DNA from: an uncultured delta proteobacterium
GTDB taxonomy: Bacteria; Desulfobacterota; RBG-13-43-22
Direction of reading: 5' to 3'
Length of the DNA: 64,000 nucleotides
NCBI GenBank assembly: GCA_963711835.1
Contig: CAVQFQ010000010.1
Location: 167,301-231,300, forward strand
Below, one piece after another: positions 31,720 through 42,849 of this stretch. Position 1 is the first letter of the stretch; each line of letters starts with the position of its first letter. Made by a program: the position numbers and the translations under genes. Under the pieces are notes generated by a model. The model was given only the letters and a program-made list of their open reading frames with translations, did not search any database and had not been told where the DNA came from.

Positions 31720-34700
31720 TCAGTCGAACAAGCCCTGCACCTTGGCTTCGATCTGTTCATCCAGATGATGATGGACTGAGATAGCCTGGGCCGGGCATTC
31801 CGAAGCGCACATCCCGCATCCCCGGCATCGGGCCGGATCGATCTGAGACACCCCATATTCATTAATATAGGGCACGGAATACGGACAGGTTCTGACGCAG
31901 GTCATGCAGGCCGCGCACAACTCTGGATCCACCTGGGAGGAAGGCCCCACCTGAATCACATCTTTAGACAGGATGCACAGTGCCCGGCCGGCCGCCCCCT
32001 TGGCCTGGACCATCACCTCTTCCGGGAATTTCGGTCCATGCCCGTCCCCGCAAAGAAACATGCCGTCGGTGGTGAAATCCAAGGGACGGAGCTTGACATG
32101 GGCCTCGAGAAAGTACCCCCGGTCATCCCTGGGAAGCTTATAAACATTCGCAATTCGGGTGGACCCGGGATGGGGTTTCATGGCCGCGCTCAGGACAATT
32201 ACGATCCGGCGATAAGACGATCTCGCGCCGGATGGCCGGCTCAATAAAGCGTATGGAAAGCCTATGGTCCTTTTCAAAAACCTCAGGGGGTTGGGCCAAG
32301 TCATAGCGGATGAACAGGACCCCTTGCTGCCTGGCCTTTTTATAATACTGCTCTTTTAATCCGAAGGTCCGAACGTCCCGGTACAGGACAATAATTTCTA
32401 TATTTGGATTGATCTCTTTAAGTCTCAGGGCGTTGGCCACGGCCTGACTGCAACAGACTCGACTGCAATAAGGATTGTCCTGGTTTCGCGAACCGACACA
32501 CTGGATCATGATGACCTGGTTTAATGACTCGATCTTGTCTCTGTCCTCCTTGATCGCCTTTTCCAGTTCGCTTTGAATCATGACCCCCTGATCCTGCCCG
32601 TATAGATACTCCTCCGGTTGATAGGGTTCGGCGCCGGTAGCAATAATGGCTGTCCCATGGCGCAGGGAAACCGTTTCGCCGGTCTGGTTTTTAATGGTCG
32701 AGACAAACCCGCCCACGTGTCCGTCGATCTTTTCGATCTCGCATCCCAGGTGTACAGAAATTTTAGGATGACTTTTTACTTGCTGGATCAGCCCGGGGAT
32801 ATATTCGGCCGGATCGAATCCTTCCAGGGTCGGAAGACTGACCTGATGCCGGCCGCCCAAAGAATCGCTTTGTTCGATAAGATGCGTTTTGAATCCCTGA
32901 TCCGCAATTGTAACCGCGGCAGTCAAACCCGCCAATCCTCCGCCGACAACCAGAGCCACCGGAAGGACCGGAACCTGTTGGGTCATAATGGGTTCCTGAT
33001 TGGTTAACCGCTTAACGGACATACGAACCAGATCTTTGGCCTTTTGGGTGGCTATTTCGGATTGTTCGGAATGGACCCAGGAACATTGGTTCCTGATGTT
33101 AGCCATCTCCAGGAGGTAGGGATTTAGGCCCGCATCCCGCAGGGTGTCCATAAAGAGCGTTTCATGCGTCTTAGGCGAACAGGAGGCTACCACCACCCGG
33201 TTGAGATCATGCTCAAGTATCAACTCCTTCATCCGGACCTTGGAGTCGGTGGAACAGGCAAACAAAAAGACTTCCGAAAAGACCACGTTGGGTAACTTCC
33301 TGGCATACTCGGCCAGACCTTGCACATCCACGACCCCGGCAATATTGGTTCCGCAGCAGCAAACAAAGACGCCGATCTTTGGGCCGATCCCGAAAAGAGA
33401 GCGTTCAGGCGGTAATACCGGTTTGACAATCTCGTAACCCCGGACCCCGGCTATGGGCAAGGTCGCCTCGGCGGTTACGGCGCTGGCCTGGGCCACCGTC
33501 TCGGGAATATCCTTGGGCCCTTCAAATCCCCCGCAAACGTAAACCCCGTCCCGGGAAGTCCGCAAGGGATTTCCGACCGGTGTCTTGACATACCCGTATT
33601 GATCGAGTTCAACGCCCAACCGGCCGGCCAGTTGGACGGCCTCGGCGGAGGGCGATAAACCCACCGCCAGCACGACCAGGTCAAAGACCTCCTCGATCTT
33701 TTCACCTGTTTCCGGATCTTGGTAAGTCAGCTCCAGATCATGGGTAACCGGGTTTTCAACCACCCGGCTGATCATGGACCGGATATAACGGACATGGCTT
33801 TGTGATTCGGCCCGTTCGCAATAGGAATCAAATCCCTTTCCCTGGGCCCTCAGGTCCAGGAAAAATATGGTCGGTTCCATCTCCGGATGATGGCTCTTGG
33901 CGATCACCGCCTCTTTGGTAGCGGCCATGCAACAGACCGAGGAACAGAACTCCCGACCCTCCCGGATGGACTCCCTGGACCCCACACATTGGATCCAGGC
34001 CACTTTCTGGGGGACTTTTTTATCTGAAACCCTCAAGATTTCACCGCCTGATGGTCCGGTGGCCGAAAGGCATCGTTCGAATTCCATGGTCGTAATCACA
34101 TTGGGATATCGGCCGTAGCCGTACTCCGGGGCCAGGGTGGCGTCGAAAAGGTCGAGCCCGGAGGACAATATGACCGACCCGACTTCCAGGGTTATCTCTT
34201 CAGGTTTCTGATTGAAATCGATGGCGTTGTTTTTGCAGAACTTCTCGCAGGCCCGGCACCTTCCCTTCTGAAAATAGATACAGTGATCCCGGTCGATCTC
34301 ATAAACCAGAGGCACCGCCTGAGGATAAAGCAGGAAGGCTGCCTTTCGCTTGTTCAACCCCTGATTGAATTCATCTTCCACCTTGGCCGGGCACTTCTGG
34401 GCGCAGATACCGCAACCCACACATTTTTCCTCATCCACATACCGGGGATGCTTTTTGACAACGGCCTTAAACCGGCCCGGTTCACCTTCCAGATTGATCA
34501 GCTCGGCCTTGGTTATGATTTTTATATTCGGATGACTGGCAACCCCGATCAGCTTGGGGGATATCATGCACATGGAGCAGTCATTGGTGGGAAAGGTCTT
34601 GTCCAGTTGGCTCATCCGCCCACCGATGGAGCCTTTTCTTTCTATCAGATAAACCAGGTAGCCCGATTCGGCCAGATCCAGAGAGGCCTGTATCCCGGCG

Positions 34701-34759
34701 ATTCCGCCTCCGACAATCATCACCGCGCCGATAGGGTTTATAGGTGTTTCAGTAGACAT
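31720..34759 (-). CDS. hdrA: large HdrA-like flavo-Fe-S protein with two FAD-binding modules; one frameshift at ~32201
   Basis: GGGIAG, LDKTFPTNDCSMC, WIQCVGSR..CSSVCC, ANIRNQCSWVH, second GGGLAG; continues in ORF 31720-32304 (EAHVKLRPLDF, ferredoxin). Confidence 0.9.
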
Positions 34760-34790
34760 ATCTTTTAACCAAAAAAATTTAAAATTTTCT

Positions 34791-34857
34791 GTTATTCGTT
34801 ACTGGTTACTCGTTTCTCGTTTTTACAAGCAACCCGCCACAAGTAACGGGCAACGAG
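34791..34857. repeat. inverted degenerate heptamer repeats
   Basis: GTTATTC GTTACTG GTTACTC GTTTCTC ... AAGCAAC CCGCCAC AAGTAAC GGGCAAC. Confidence 0.65.
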
Positions 34858-34871
34858 ATGCTGGTATGAAT

Positions 34872-35696
34872 CTAACCAGCAATCAGTCCTTTCTCTTTCA
34901 GATAGGGGATGGGATTCACCCTATGCCGTTTAAGCCCGCGAGTGATATCCTTTAATTGCAGGGCCAGCCCGATTAATTCGGTAAAATAGAAGATCGGCAG
35001 ACGGTATTCCTTTTCAAAAATTCCGGCAATTTCTTCCTGATACAGATCCAGATTAGCCCTGGCACATCTGGCAGGAGACTATAATACAATCGGCCCCGGC
35101 CTCCAGGGCCCGGTCATAAGAGCTTTTCTCACCAGAGTGTGGATAATTTCAGGCTTGGATATGGAAAAGCTGGCGCCGCAGCAATCGGTCTTAAAAGACC
35201 AGGGTTTTACGTCAATTCCGAGTGTTTCGGCTATTTGATCCATTTCCATGGGATTCTCATAGTTTTTACTCCCGGTGATTTTGGGCGGCCGGTTGGCCAT
35301 ACAGCCGTAGTAACAGACCGCCGATAGGCCGGTCAGTGGAGCCTTTACCGCCGATCTGATTTTTTCGAGCATGTCCGGCCGGGCCATAAAAGAGGCCATA
35401 TCATGGATAGGAACGGCTGATCCCGTCTTCTCTTTGGCCCGTATAAGCCGATTATAACATAAGGGGCAGGGGACCAGCAGGTCATGTCCCATACGTTCTG
35501 CCTCAGGCAAATTGCGGGCGGGAAGATCAATCGCCAGTTTTCCATTCAAACTGTGAGCCGATGTGGCGCCACAGCAGGTCCAGTTCTTGGGCTCCTGCAG
35601 GTGGATGTCCAAAGCCCGGCAGACAGCCTTGATCGATTCATCATAATCCCGGGCCGATGATTCCAGGGAACAACCCGGATAGTAGGTTACTTTCAT
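34872..35696 (-). CDS. hdrB: heterodisulfide reductase subunit B-like (CCG domains); three +1 indels near the 3' end
   Basis: YYPGCS, WTCCG, PCPLC, YYGC, DCCG; after correction the tail reads SCQMCQANLD..LPIFYFTELIGLA. Confidence 0.88.
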
Positions 35697-35856
35697 TGAT
35701 CAACCTTCTTTTTCATAGTAAGGTCTAGTGTAAGCCTGCTTCATACCCAGTCACAATATTCTAGCCCGCCAGAGGAGAGGGGAATCTGTTTTGTCTCTTG
35801 AGCGGACAGACCCCAAGAGGGGACATGAAAGGACCTCACTTGGACCATTCCAAATT

Positions 35857-36440
35857 TCAGATATCCTTAAATAGTCCCCGGACCTCTTTCCTGGTATTCC
35901 AGCGTGGGAAGAGAGAAAGGCGTCCGCGTTTTAACATACTCAGGCCCAGTCCGGCATTTTTAAGAAGGCCTGAAAAATCAATTCGACCTTTTATTAAGTC
36001 GGACCAGGAAGATTTTATCTGGTAAACGCCCATGAGAAGCGTTTCATTGATCCGGCCAAACATTTTAATATTGTCCAGGAAGACCTTATGGAACCTGGCC
36101 ACGGCCTCTTGAGATGGTTTCCTTTCCCTCTTCAGGACCTCCTGTTTGAGATCATCCATCAATTTCGGGATTTCGATTTCATTTGGACACCTGGTAAAGC
36201 AGGTTTCGCAGGAAGAACAGACCCAGATCGTCTTGGATTGAAGGACCTCTTCCGTCAATCCCAGTTGAAGCATCCGGATTAATTGATGGGGCAGAATAAT
36301 CCATGGCAAAGGTCACCGGGCATCCATTGGAGCACTTGCCGCACTGGTAGCAGGCGAACAAATCCACCTTCCAGTCCAGACGCGCCCTGTTGAGCAAACG
36401 TCGTATCGACCTTTAATATCGGATCCAGGTTATTATTCAT
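35857..36440 (-). CDS. hdrC: heterodisulfide reductase subunit C-like; two +1 indels
   Basis: CYQCGKCSNGCP..AMD and IWVCSSCETCFTRCP fall in adjacent frames. Confidence 0.88.
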
Positions 36441-36453
36441 GTTCTTTCTTTCC

Positions 36454-39079
36454 TTATTCCTCCACCGAAGCCTTAGCCAGATCCTTGACTTTTTGAGGAA
36501 TAATTTTCCAATAGACCTCGCTGGGGGTCTTTCGCACCCCGTCTACGGTCAACAGATCTTCCTCCACGGAGATACCGAACAGGTTTTCGTTCTCTCTTAA
36601 AAAGGGAAGGATCAGCCGCCAGTCGTCATTGGTTAAATCATCAAAGGCCCCCCCGTTTAATTGCTCCTCAACGAGCTTCCGCTGCGGGTCCCTGACATAG
36701 ATAGCCCCTCCGGAAGCCAGGGAAAAAAGATTGGATCCGGGATAGGGTGTGGCCTGCGGACGCGGTCGGCCTTCATCGTCAAATTCAAGCCCGTTTAGAA
36801 TGATAAATCCGCCGCCGTTGTGCGGGTTTCCGGCCATGAATGATTCAGCCAAATAATCCAGGGCCGTACCATTGATGACCACCTTGGGACGCCCCACCGC
36901 GTTGATCAAGGGACGGCCGGCGGCATTACCCATGACATAGATCTCTCCGCCTTTGGCGCCGTACAAAAAGGTCTGGCCCACATCTCCGTATATAACCAGT
37001 TTTCCGGATTTCAAAATCTGGCCGAGCTGATCCTGGGCATTTCCATGGACTTCAATGTTCAGGCCATCAATACCCGACCCCAGGTAATCCCCGGAACTTC
37101 CATAGACATCGATCTTGACGTTATTCGTTCCCGGACCCAATCCGCATCCCAGAAAACGTTGGCCTCGATATCCATAGCAGATAAATTTTTTCCAGCCCAG
37201 CTCGTAGGCCCGCCAGACCAATCTCGCGTCGCAGTCATCCCCTTCAGGCGGAAATCCGTTGGCGTTCAGGATCAGGGTGGTCTGTTTTCCCACAGGTTCG
37301 ATTAGTTTATCCCTTGACTCCCAGGTAATCAGGCGATAACGGCTGCCGTTGTTGGAACCCATCGGTTCAGCCTGGCCGAAGATCTCTTTTAAGGTGCTGC
37401 GGGTTATATTCAGGATAGCGTTGCGTTTTAGTTTACCGGTTGAAAAACGCCGGTCATTGATCAGGGTAAGCGCCTGGATAGCCGTTTGCCTATATTCGTC
37501 ATTGTTCCGGGATTCTTCAGCTGATCCGTTGGCATAACCAGCGGAACCCGTCATATCCGGCCTCTTGCATCTGATCTTTTAGTAATTTAAAAAGACCGAA
37601 AGCACTCCCCTGTTCCAGTTGTTCAGTAATGGATAAAGCCAGCGATTCGCTTTTATCCGGCCTGCCGATAGACAGGCGCATATCACCGGCCTCTCTTCCC
37701 TGGGGAGTCTTGACTTCCCGGCCGAATTTGTCCGTGCAGACCAGCCTCTTTTGGCCCGGGCGATCCGGATCGTCGGAGATGGTGAAGATAAAGGCGCCAC
37801 CGTCGGTATGGCTTCCCCCTCTGGCGTTCCAGTATTTATCGGCCACCGGGCAGATTCGTGGATCTTCCGCAGCCAAGCTGGCCAGGGTGGCATCAATGGC
37901 CTGTTTCTCAGAACAGATCAGACCCACCTGGACTTCGCCGTCATGAAAGGCAAAGACCTGAGGCCGGAGCATGGCGGTATCGGTAATACCGATCAGTTGA
38001 AACAGGCGATGATAATAATCGTTTCTGGCGATAATAAAAAACCAGGGTCCGTCAGGGGAACCGTTAATATGTATGGACTGGAGCAGGCCGTATATCTTTT
38101 GTTTTTCCTCGGGAAGCTGATCAAAATCCATTTCAGTGGTCGGGGCCAGGGCCTCGATGATATATTCCAGCGGATATCCATAGACCCGATTCAGGAGGTC
38201 GAACATAAGAACGGCGACTTCCGTATCCGTTAAAAAATGCGGGAAGATATTTTTCTGTTTCAGATACTCGGAAACGGAGTAATAGTTGGCAAAATCACCG
38301 TTATGCACCAGGGCCTCATCCAGTCCCATGAAGGGATGGGCCCCGGCCGGGTGCCAAACCCGGCCCTTGGTGGGATACCGTTGATGGGCGATCCAGATAT
38401 GGGCCCGGAAATCCTCAAGCCGGTAGTACTCCGCCACCTGTTCGGCATAACCCACGATCTTCAGAATCATCATGTTTCTGCCCTGGGAGAGGACAAAGGC
38501 CTTCTTGTCGCCCTGGGCGTCATAAAACTTCCGGTTCAGTTTGATGGTGTTCTGCCAGATATATTCATCTTCTATTTTTCTTGGATCGGTCCCTTTAAAA
38601 CGGTTTTGATCGGCGAATTCGGAAAGGATATCCGGCTTTACCCGGACAAAGTAACGCCAGACATCAGGGGGTTTGATTTCCAGTCCCTCGACTTGACGAT
38701 AATCATCCAGGGTGGGAATAGCGCTGTCCATCCTGGATATCCATGAACGGGTGTAAGACAATGCTTTTCCACATCCCCCCGGGCTTCGGGTTCCAACAGG
38801 GCCACCTGAATCATGTAACAGTCATCCAGCACGGACTGGGAAACACCCAGGTCGGCCGCGACTAATCCCGCGGCCGCGATTCCGCCTCCCTTTCCATTTC
38901 CCCGGTTGTGCATCAGCCGCGAAGGTTCAAAAATGTGCTTGCCCCCCACCGGGACTGAGCAGGCAAATCCGGTGACGCCGCATCCTCCCTCTTCGCATTC
39001 CTTTCGAATATCCGGGAGGGCGTTAGGATAAAGCCTTTTTCTTGATTCAATGAACTTTATCGATAAATGAATTTTTCAT
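36454..39079 (-). CDS. glutamate synthase amidotransferase + GXGXG subunit (GltB1-GltB3 fusion); four +1 indels
   Basis: Propeptide then EEGG-CGV (Ntn Cys), MHNRGNGKGGG, HQRYPT, VHNGD, TDTE; C-terminal GXGXG repeats (GNAQDQLG, GDVGQTF.YGAKGG, GNAAGR). Confidence 0.85.
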
Positions 39080-39083
39080 GATC

Positions 39084-40619
39084 TTATGTGACGGCTTCGA
39101 TAGACCTCAGATAATCTTCATAATCCAGATGTTTGAGGCAGTCGGTTCTGCCTACCAACTCCCGGATATCCGCATATCCAGTCGGTAAAGGATTTCAATC
39201 AACTGGGACCGCCAGGCATGAAAGACATTGATCAGTCTCTGGGTGGCCCAGTCCACCTCTATGGTTTTGTTTAATTCCGGATCAGTAGAGGCTATTCCCC
39301 GGGCGCAACCCCGGCCGCTCTCGCAATTGGAACAGCGGATGCATTCAACGGCCACCATTTCCACGGTCCCGACCACCACCCCGTCTGCGCCCAGGGCTAT
39401 GGCCTTGGCCACATCATAGGCCGTACGAATACCACCGCTGGCAATGACGGTTATTTTGTCGCGAATGCCTTCCTCTTTTAAAAAATTATGGACCTTGACG
39501 ATGGCATACTCGATGGGCATGGCAATATTTTTCTTGGCGATGTCCGGGGCCGCGCCGGTCCCGCCATAGCTGCCGTCCAGATGGATAATATGGGCCCCGG
39601 CATAGTAACTCCCCACAGCCACCATATCCACATCCGTGGGTGTGGAGACCTTTACCGACACCAGCCCTTTGGGATTGACCTCCTTTATCCAGTCGATATG
39701 TTTTTTGTGATCCTCGACCGAATAGACGCTGTGAAACGGAAAAGGAGAAAACAAAGGGTTTCCCGGAACGGCCTCCCGCATCTTGGCCACTTCAGGGGTT
39801 ACCTTATCTCCCAGCAAATGACCGCCCAGACCGGGTTTGGCACCCTGGGCATACTTGAATTCAACCATTCTCACCCGCTTGATGGTCTCTTCCCTCACCC
39901 CGAACAATCCCGTGGCCACCTGGGTAATGACATGATCGTCATAGGGATAGAGTTCCTGGGGATAACCGCCCTCTCCGGTGCAGGTAAAGGAATTCCAGGC
40001 CTGCCAGGCCCTGGCCCGGGCGATAATAACCTTTAAGGGCAATGGACCCGAAGGACATGCCCCCGCCATAGACCGGAAGATCGATCAGGATCTTTTCTCG
40101 ATTATCCCCTGATCGGTTGAGTGGAATGACTGTTGAGAATTCATTCGGGTCAAGTTCCCGGCCGGGCGCCTCCTTCTGGAACTTGAAATCAAGGCGATCA
40201 AATCCGCCATTGGAATCTCCGATTTTGTACTCCATATCACCGGGCGGTATGCGGCCGGTTTCGGCCATATACCAGGTACTGATCAGGAGATCAGGTGTCC
40301 AGCGCCTGTCCCCAATGACCGTTGAGGCGGGATTGATATCCAGGGTCAGGGCCTTTTCCGGGCAGGCCTCGATACACTTGTTGCAGTTAAATCCGACACA
40401 GAGATAGTCTTTGGGCATGGCCATCTTGATCTTTCCCTTCTGGTAGACACCATAGGGACAGATTTCCAGGCATTGACCACAGGCAATACAGGCGCTGCTC
40501 CGGCGAATCCTGAATTTACCGATGGCGTTGCGATAGCGGCTCGGGGTTATCTTAACCTCGGGCATCTCTATTTTATAATCCGGTTGGGCGATCATTTCTG
40601 TTTCTATCGGTTCGGTCAC
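39084..40619 (-). CDS. glutamate synthase FMN-binding subunit with N-terminal 2x[4Fe-4S]; two indels
   Basis: CIACGQCLEICP, GGGMSFGS, TGEGG, QVATGLFGV, KYAQGAKPGLGGHL, VSVK, DGSYGGTGAAP, SGGIRT. Confidence 0.88.
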
Positions 40620-42025
40620 ACTTCATTTTTTCTCCGGCCAAAAAGCCGGCCAAAGGTGTCGGCCTCAAGATCCTCGAAAAACATGGCCCGGCCGACCTCT
40701 CCCCTCAAACGCCTGACCTCTCTGATTCCCATGGCTCCCAGCACCTCTAAAAGCTGGTTTCTCCAGGCGGCCATCAAATTCATGATGCGGGTCTTTCCCC
40801 AGTCCGGGTGGATATTTTCTATCTGAACCGGACAGGACAGTCCTTCTTGGCAGCGGAGACACATACGGCATTCCAATGCCAGAAGTAGAGGAATATCGAT
40901 TGAAACCGCGTCAGCCCCGCAGAGGATGGCCTTGGGAACATGCTCGGCCATGGCAATACCGCCGCCCGCTATGAGGGTTAGGCTGTTGCGGATGCTTTTA
41001 TCGACAAGATGATTATGTACTTTTCGGACGTAATCCGTCACAAAACCGATCACGTTATCCGGTCGGGATTGGCTGTGAACATCACCGTTTCTATCCGCCA
41101 CCAGGTGGATGATATCCGCTCCCTCAGCAGCCAGGAACCCAGCCCGCTCGTGACTGGCCTCATCCAGCCTTGTTTTTATCATGACCAGTGTTTCAGGATA
41201 GTGCTTCTTGATCTCCCTTAACGCAGCCGCTGATTCCGCCGTGTCACGGAATTCAACGATAGGGGCGGATTCGATCCAGGTCCGGGCCGATTCCAAACGA
41301 TCCGGAGACAGCAGGGGAATAATATTCGCCGTATAACTTTTAAAGTGTTGGTCCAGGAGTTCCACAGGGATTTCGATGACCGTGCTTAGGGTCGCGGCCG
41401 CCATGACCATGGCTGTAAAAACTTCGCGGCTGAGACTTCCGAAAGGAAGTTCCCCGAAGATAATCGGAATTGGGAGGTCGATATTCTTGGGCGCATCCAG
41501 GATGGGTTCCCCTGTTTCCGTAAAGGGAAGGGAAAACAGTTTCCGGCCGAGACTCACCAGGGTGTTGATATACTCACGACCATGTATGCCGTCGCGTGTG
41601 GGTCTGACAATCTCCGACATGTCCGTCCACATCTGGTCAAAACCCGGTCCGCAAAAAGGTCCTGAATATCCCGCGCCCGAGACGGGTATGGCCCCGGTTT
41701 CAGCCTGATACCAATTTTTGTATAGAATATCCGCTGTCCAATAGGCGTCACCCATTTTTTCATATTCCGGATTAAGCGTCTTGGTAATAACCCGGCCCGG
41801 ACATTCCTGAACGCAGCGAAGACAGTTCTTACAAATTTTATCGATGGTATCGGTTAATAGGGTTGGATCGAATGTCCGCTGATTATAAGCATCGACCACA
41901 CATTTACGTTTAACGCACTTAAAGCAGCGTAGACATCCGGCTTCCCAATCCAGGACCGTGCTCTTGGCGGTCGGTGTGAATCGAGGGGGCGTCGGTGTTA
42001 TCGCAATATGATATTTTTTAGGCAT
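40616..42025 (-). CDS. glutamate synthase FMN-domain paralog with N-terminal Fe-S domain and a degenerate active site
   Basis: CLRCFKC..C, CKNCLRCVQECP, GFDQMWTD, AGGGIA, CRMCLRC..CP, LGAMG; lacks the TGEGG and QGAKPG motifs. Confidence 0.8.
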   Translation of the reverse strand: MPKKYHIAITPTPPRFTPTAKSTVLDWEAGCLRCFKCVKRKCVVDAYNQRTFDPTLLTDTIDKICKNCLRCVQECPGRVITKTLNPEYEKMGDAYWTADILYKNWYQAETGAIPVSGAGYSGPFCGPGFDQMWTDMSEIVRPTRDGIHGREYINTLVSLGRKLFSLPFTETGEPILDAPKNIDLPIPIIFGELPFGSLSREVFTAMVMAAATLSTVIEIPVELLDQHFKSYTANIIPLLSPDRLESARTWIESAPIVEFRDTAESAAALREIKKHYPETLVMIKTRLDEASHERAGFLAAEGADIIHLVADRNGDVHSQSRPDNVIGFVTDYVRKVHNHLVDKSIRNSLTLIAGGGIAMAEHVPKAILCGADAVSIDIPLLLALECRMCLRCQEGLSCPVQIENIHPDWGKTRIMNLMAAWRNQLLEVLGAMGIREVRRLRGEVGRAMFFEDLEADTFGRLFGRRKNEV

Positions 42026-42030
42026 CTTCT

Positions 42031-42432
42031 TTACGATACCTTACCCAATGTTCGGATAAGTTCAGTCATATAACGGGCCACATGGTTAAAGTCTTTAAAC
42101 TCAGAGGTCCCCAATTGAACCATGGTGAGACGATCCGTTTCGATATTGATCTCCATTAAAAGCTTCTTGGTATGATTTATCGTTCTTTGAGCTCGTAAAT
42201 TTCCATCGAGAAGCCGGCAGGTATTTTCTTTGCATCCCAGGACAAAAATCCCGTCCATACCGGATTCAAAGGCCTTGATGATGCTTAGCGTTTCCACTTT
42301 GCTGCTGCAGGGGACGGATAGAATTTTAATCTCCGGTTCAAAGGCGTGCCATCCCTTTTCTGCCAACACCGGGTCTGATTCGATCGCGTTTTTACAGCAA
42401 AAACCTACGACTCTGATCGGAGCTTCCGTCAT
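42031..42432 (-). CDS. second MvhD/FlpD-like subunit
   Basis: GFCC, VPCSSKV, AFESGMDGIFVLGC..C..GN. Confidence 0.8.
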   Translation of the reverse strand: MTEAPIRVVGFCCKNAIESDPVLAEKGWHAFEPEIKILSVPCSSKVETLSIIKAFESGMDGIFVLGCKENTCRLLDGNLRAQRTINHTKKLLMEINIETDRLTMVQLGTSEFKDFNHVARYMTELIRTLGKVS

Positions 42433-42491
42433 ATTTATCCTGATTTATATTTCAGAATTACTAAATCTAATTTTGTTTTATTAGTAAAAAT

Positions 42492-42586
42492 AAAAAAGGC
42501 GCCTATCGAAATACTCATAGACGCCTTTGTCTTTATTCCTACTTAAAATTTAAGCATTATAGGCTAAAGACACAACCTTGTGTCTT
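42492..42586 (-). promoter_or_regulatory. ANTAR-type twin-hairpin leader overlapping an intrinsic terminator
   Basis: Minus strand: AAGACAC-AAGGTT-GTGTCTT and AGAC-AAAGGC-GTCT (hexaloops with A1/G4); the second overlaps terminator AAAGGCGTCTAT-loop-ATAGGCGCCTTT-TTT. Confidence 0.75.
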
Positions 42587-42624
42587 AAAATAATTTTGAA
42601 AAGAGCTTGGTCTTAAGTAGAAAA

Positions 42625-42653
42625 ATTATACTGAAAGGAAAAGAAACAGTCAA
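42625..42653 (-). promoter_or_regulatory. sigma70 promoter for the mvhD-glt-hdr-met operon
   Basis: TTGACT-17 bp-TATAAT on the minus strand. Confidence 0.8.
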
Positions 42654-42849
42654 GAAAAAACTAGCTGTCATTTCGAATTGAAACGTGCATACCTAAAAAA
42701 AGCCATAACCTGTGGAAAACGGAGGTTTCAGGGGATGGGCCAAATCCATAACTCATTCACCGACGATCAGGGTTAAAGAAACCATGCAACGGTATTTCTA
42801 TGGATAATAAGTCTTCGATTGACCTTTGAAAACGATATCGGGGACCGTA

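Noticed and set aside
31226-34759. Selenocysteine in HdrA/MvhD as the cause of the split ORFs
   Set aside because: The relevant motifs have Cys (TNDCSMC, CCNYC), and the breaks are frameshifts rather than in-frame TGA
35697-35856. 160-bp gap between hdrC and hdrB with a weak hairpin
   Set aside because: No U-tract, promoter, ORF or recognisable RNA motif
32195-40040. Programmed ribosomal frameshifting
   Set aside because: Too many sites, no shared slippery heptamer, and mostly single duplicated bases
27999-42025. Firm call of an N-methylglutamate pathway (gmaS-mgsABC)
   Set aside because: No mgdABCD-like genes are present, and GlnA2 retains ordinary GS motifs; kept only as an alternative hypothesis
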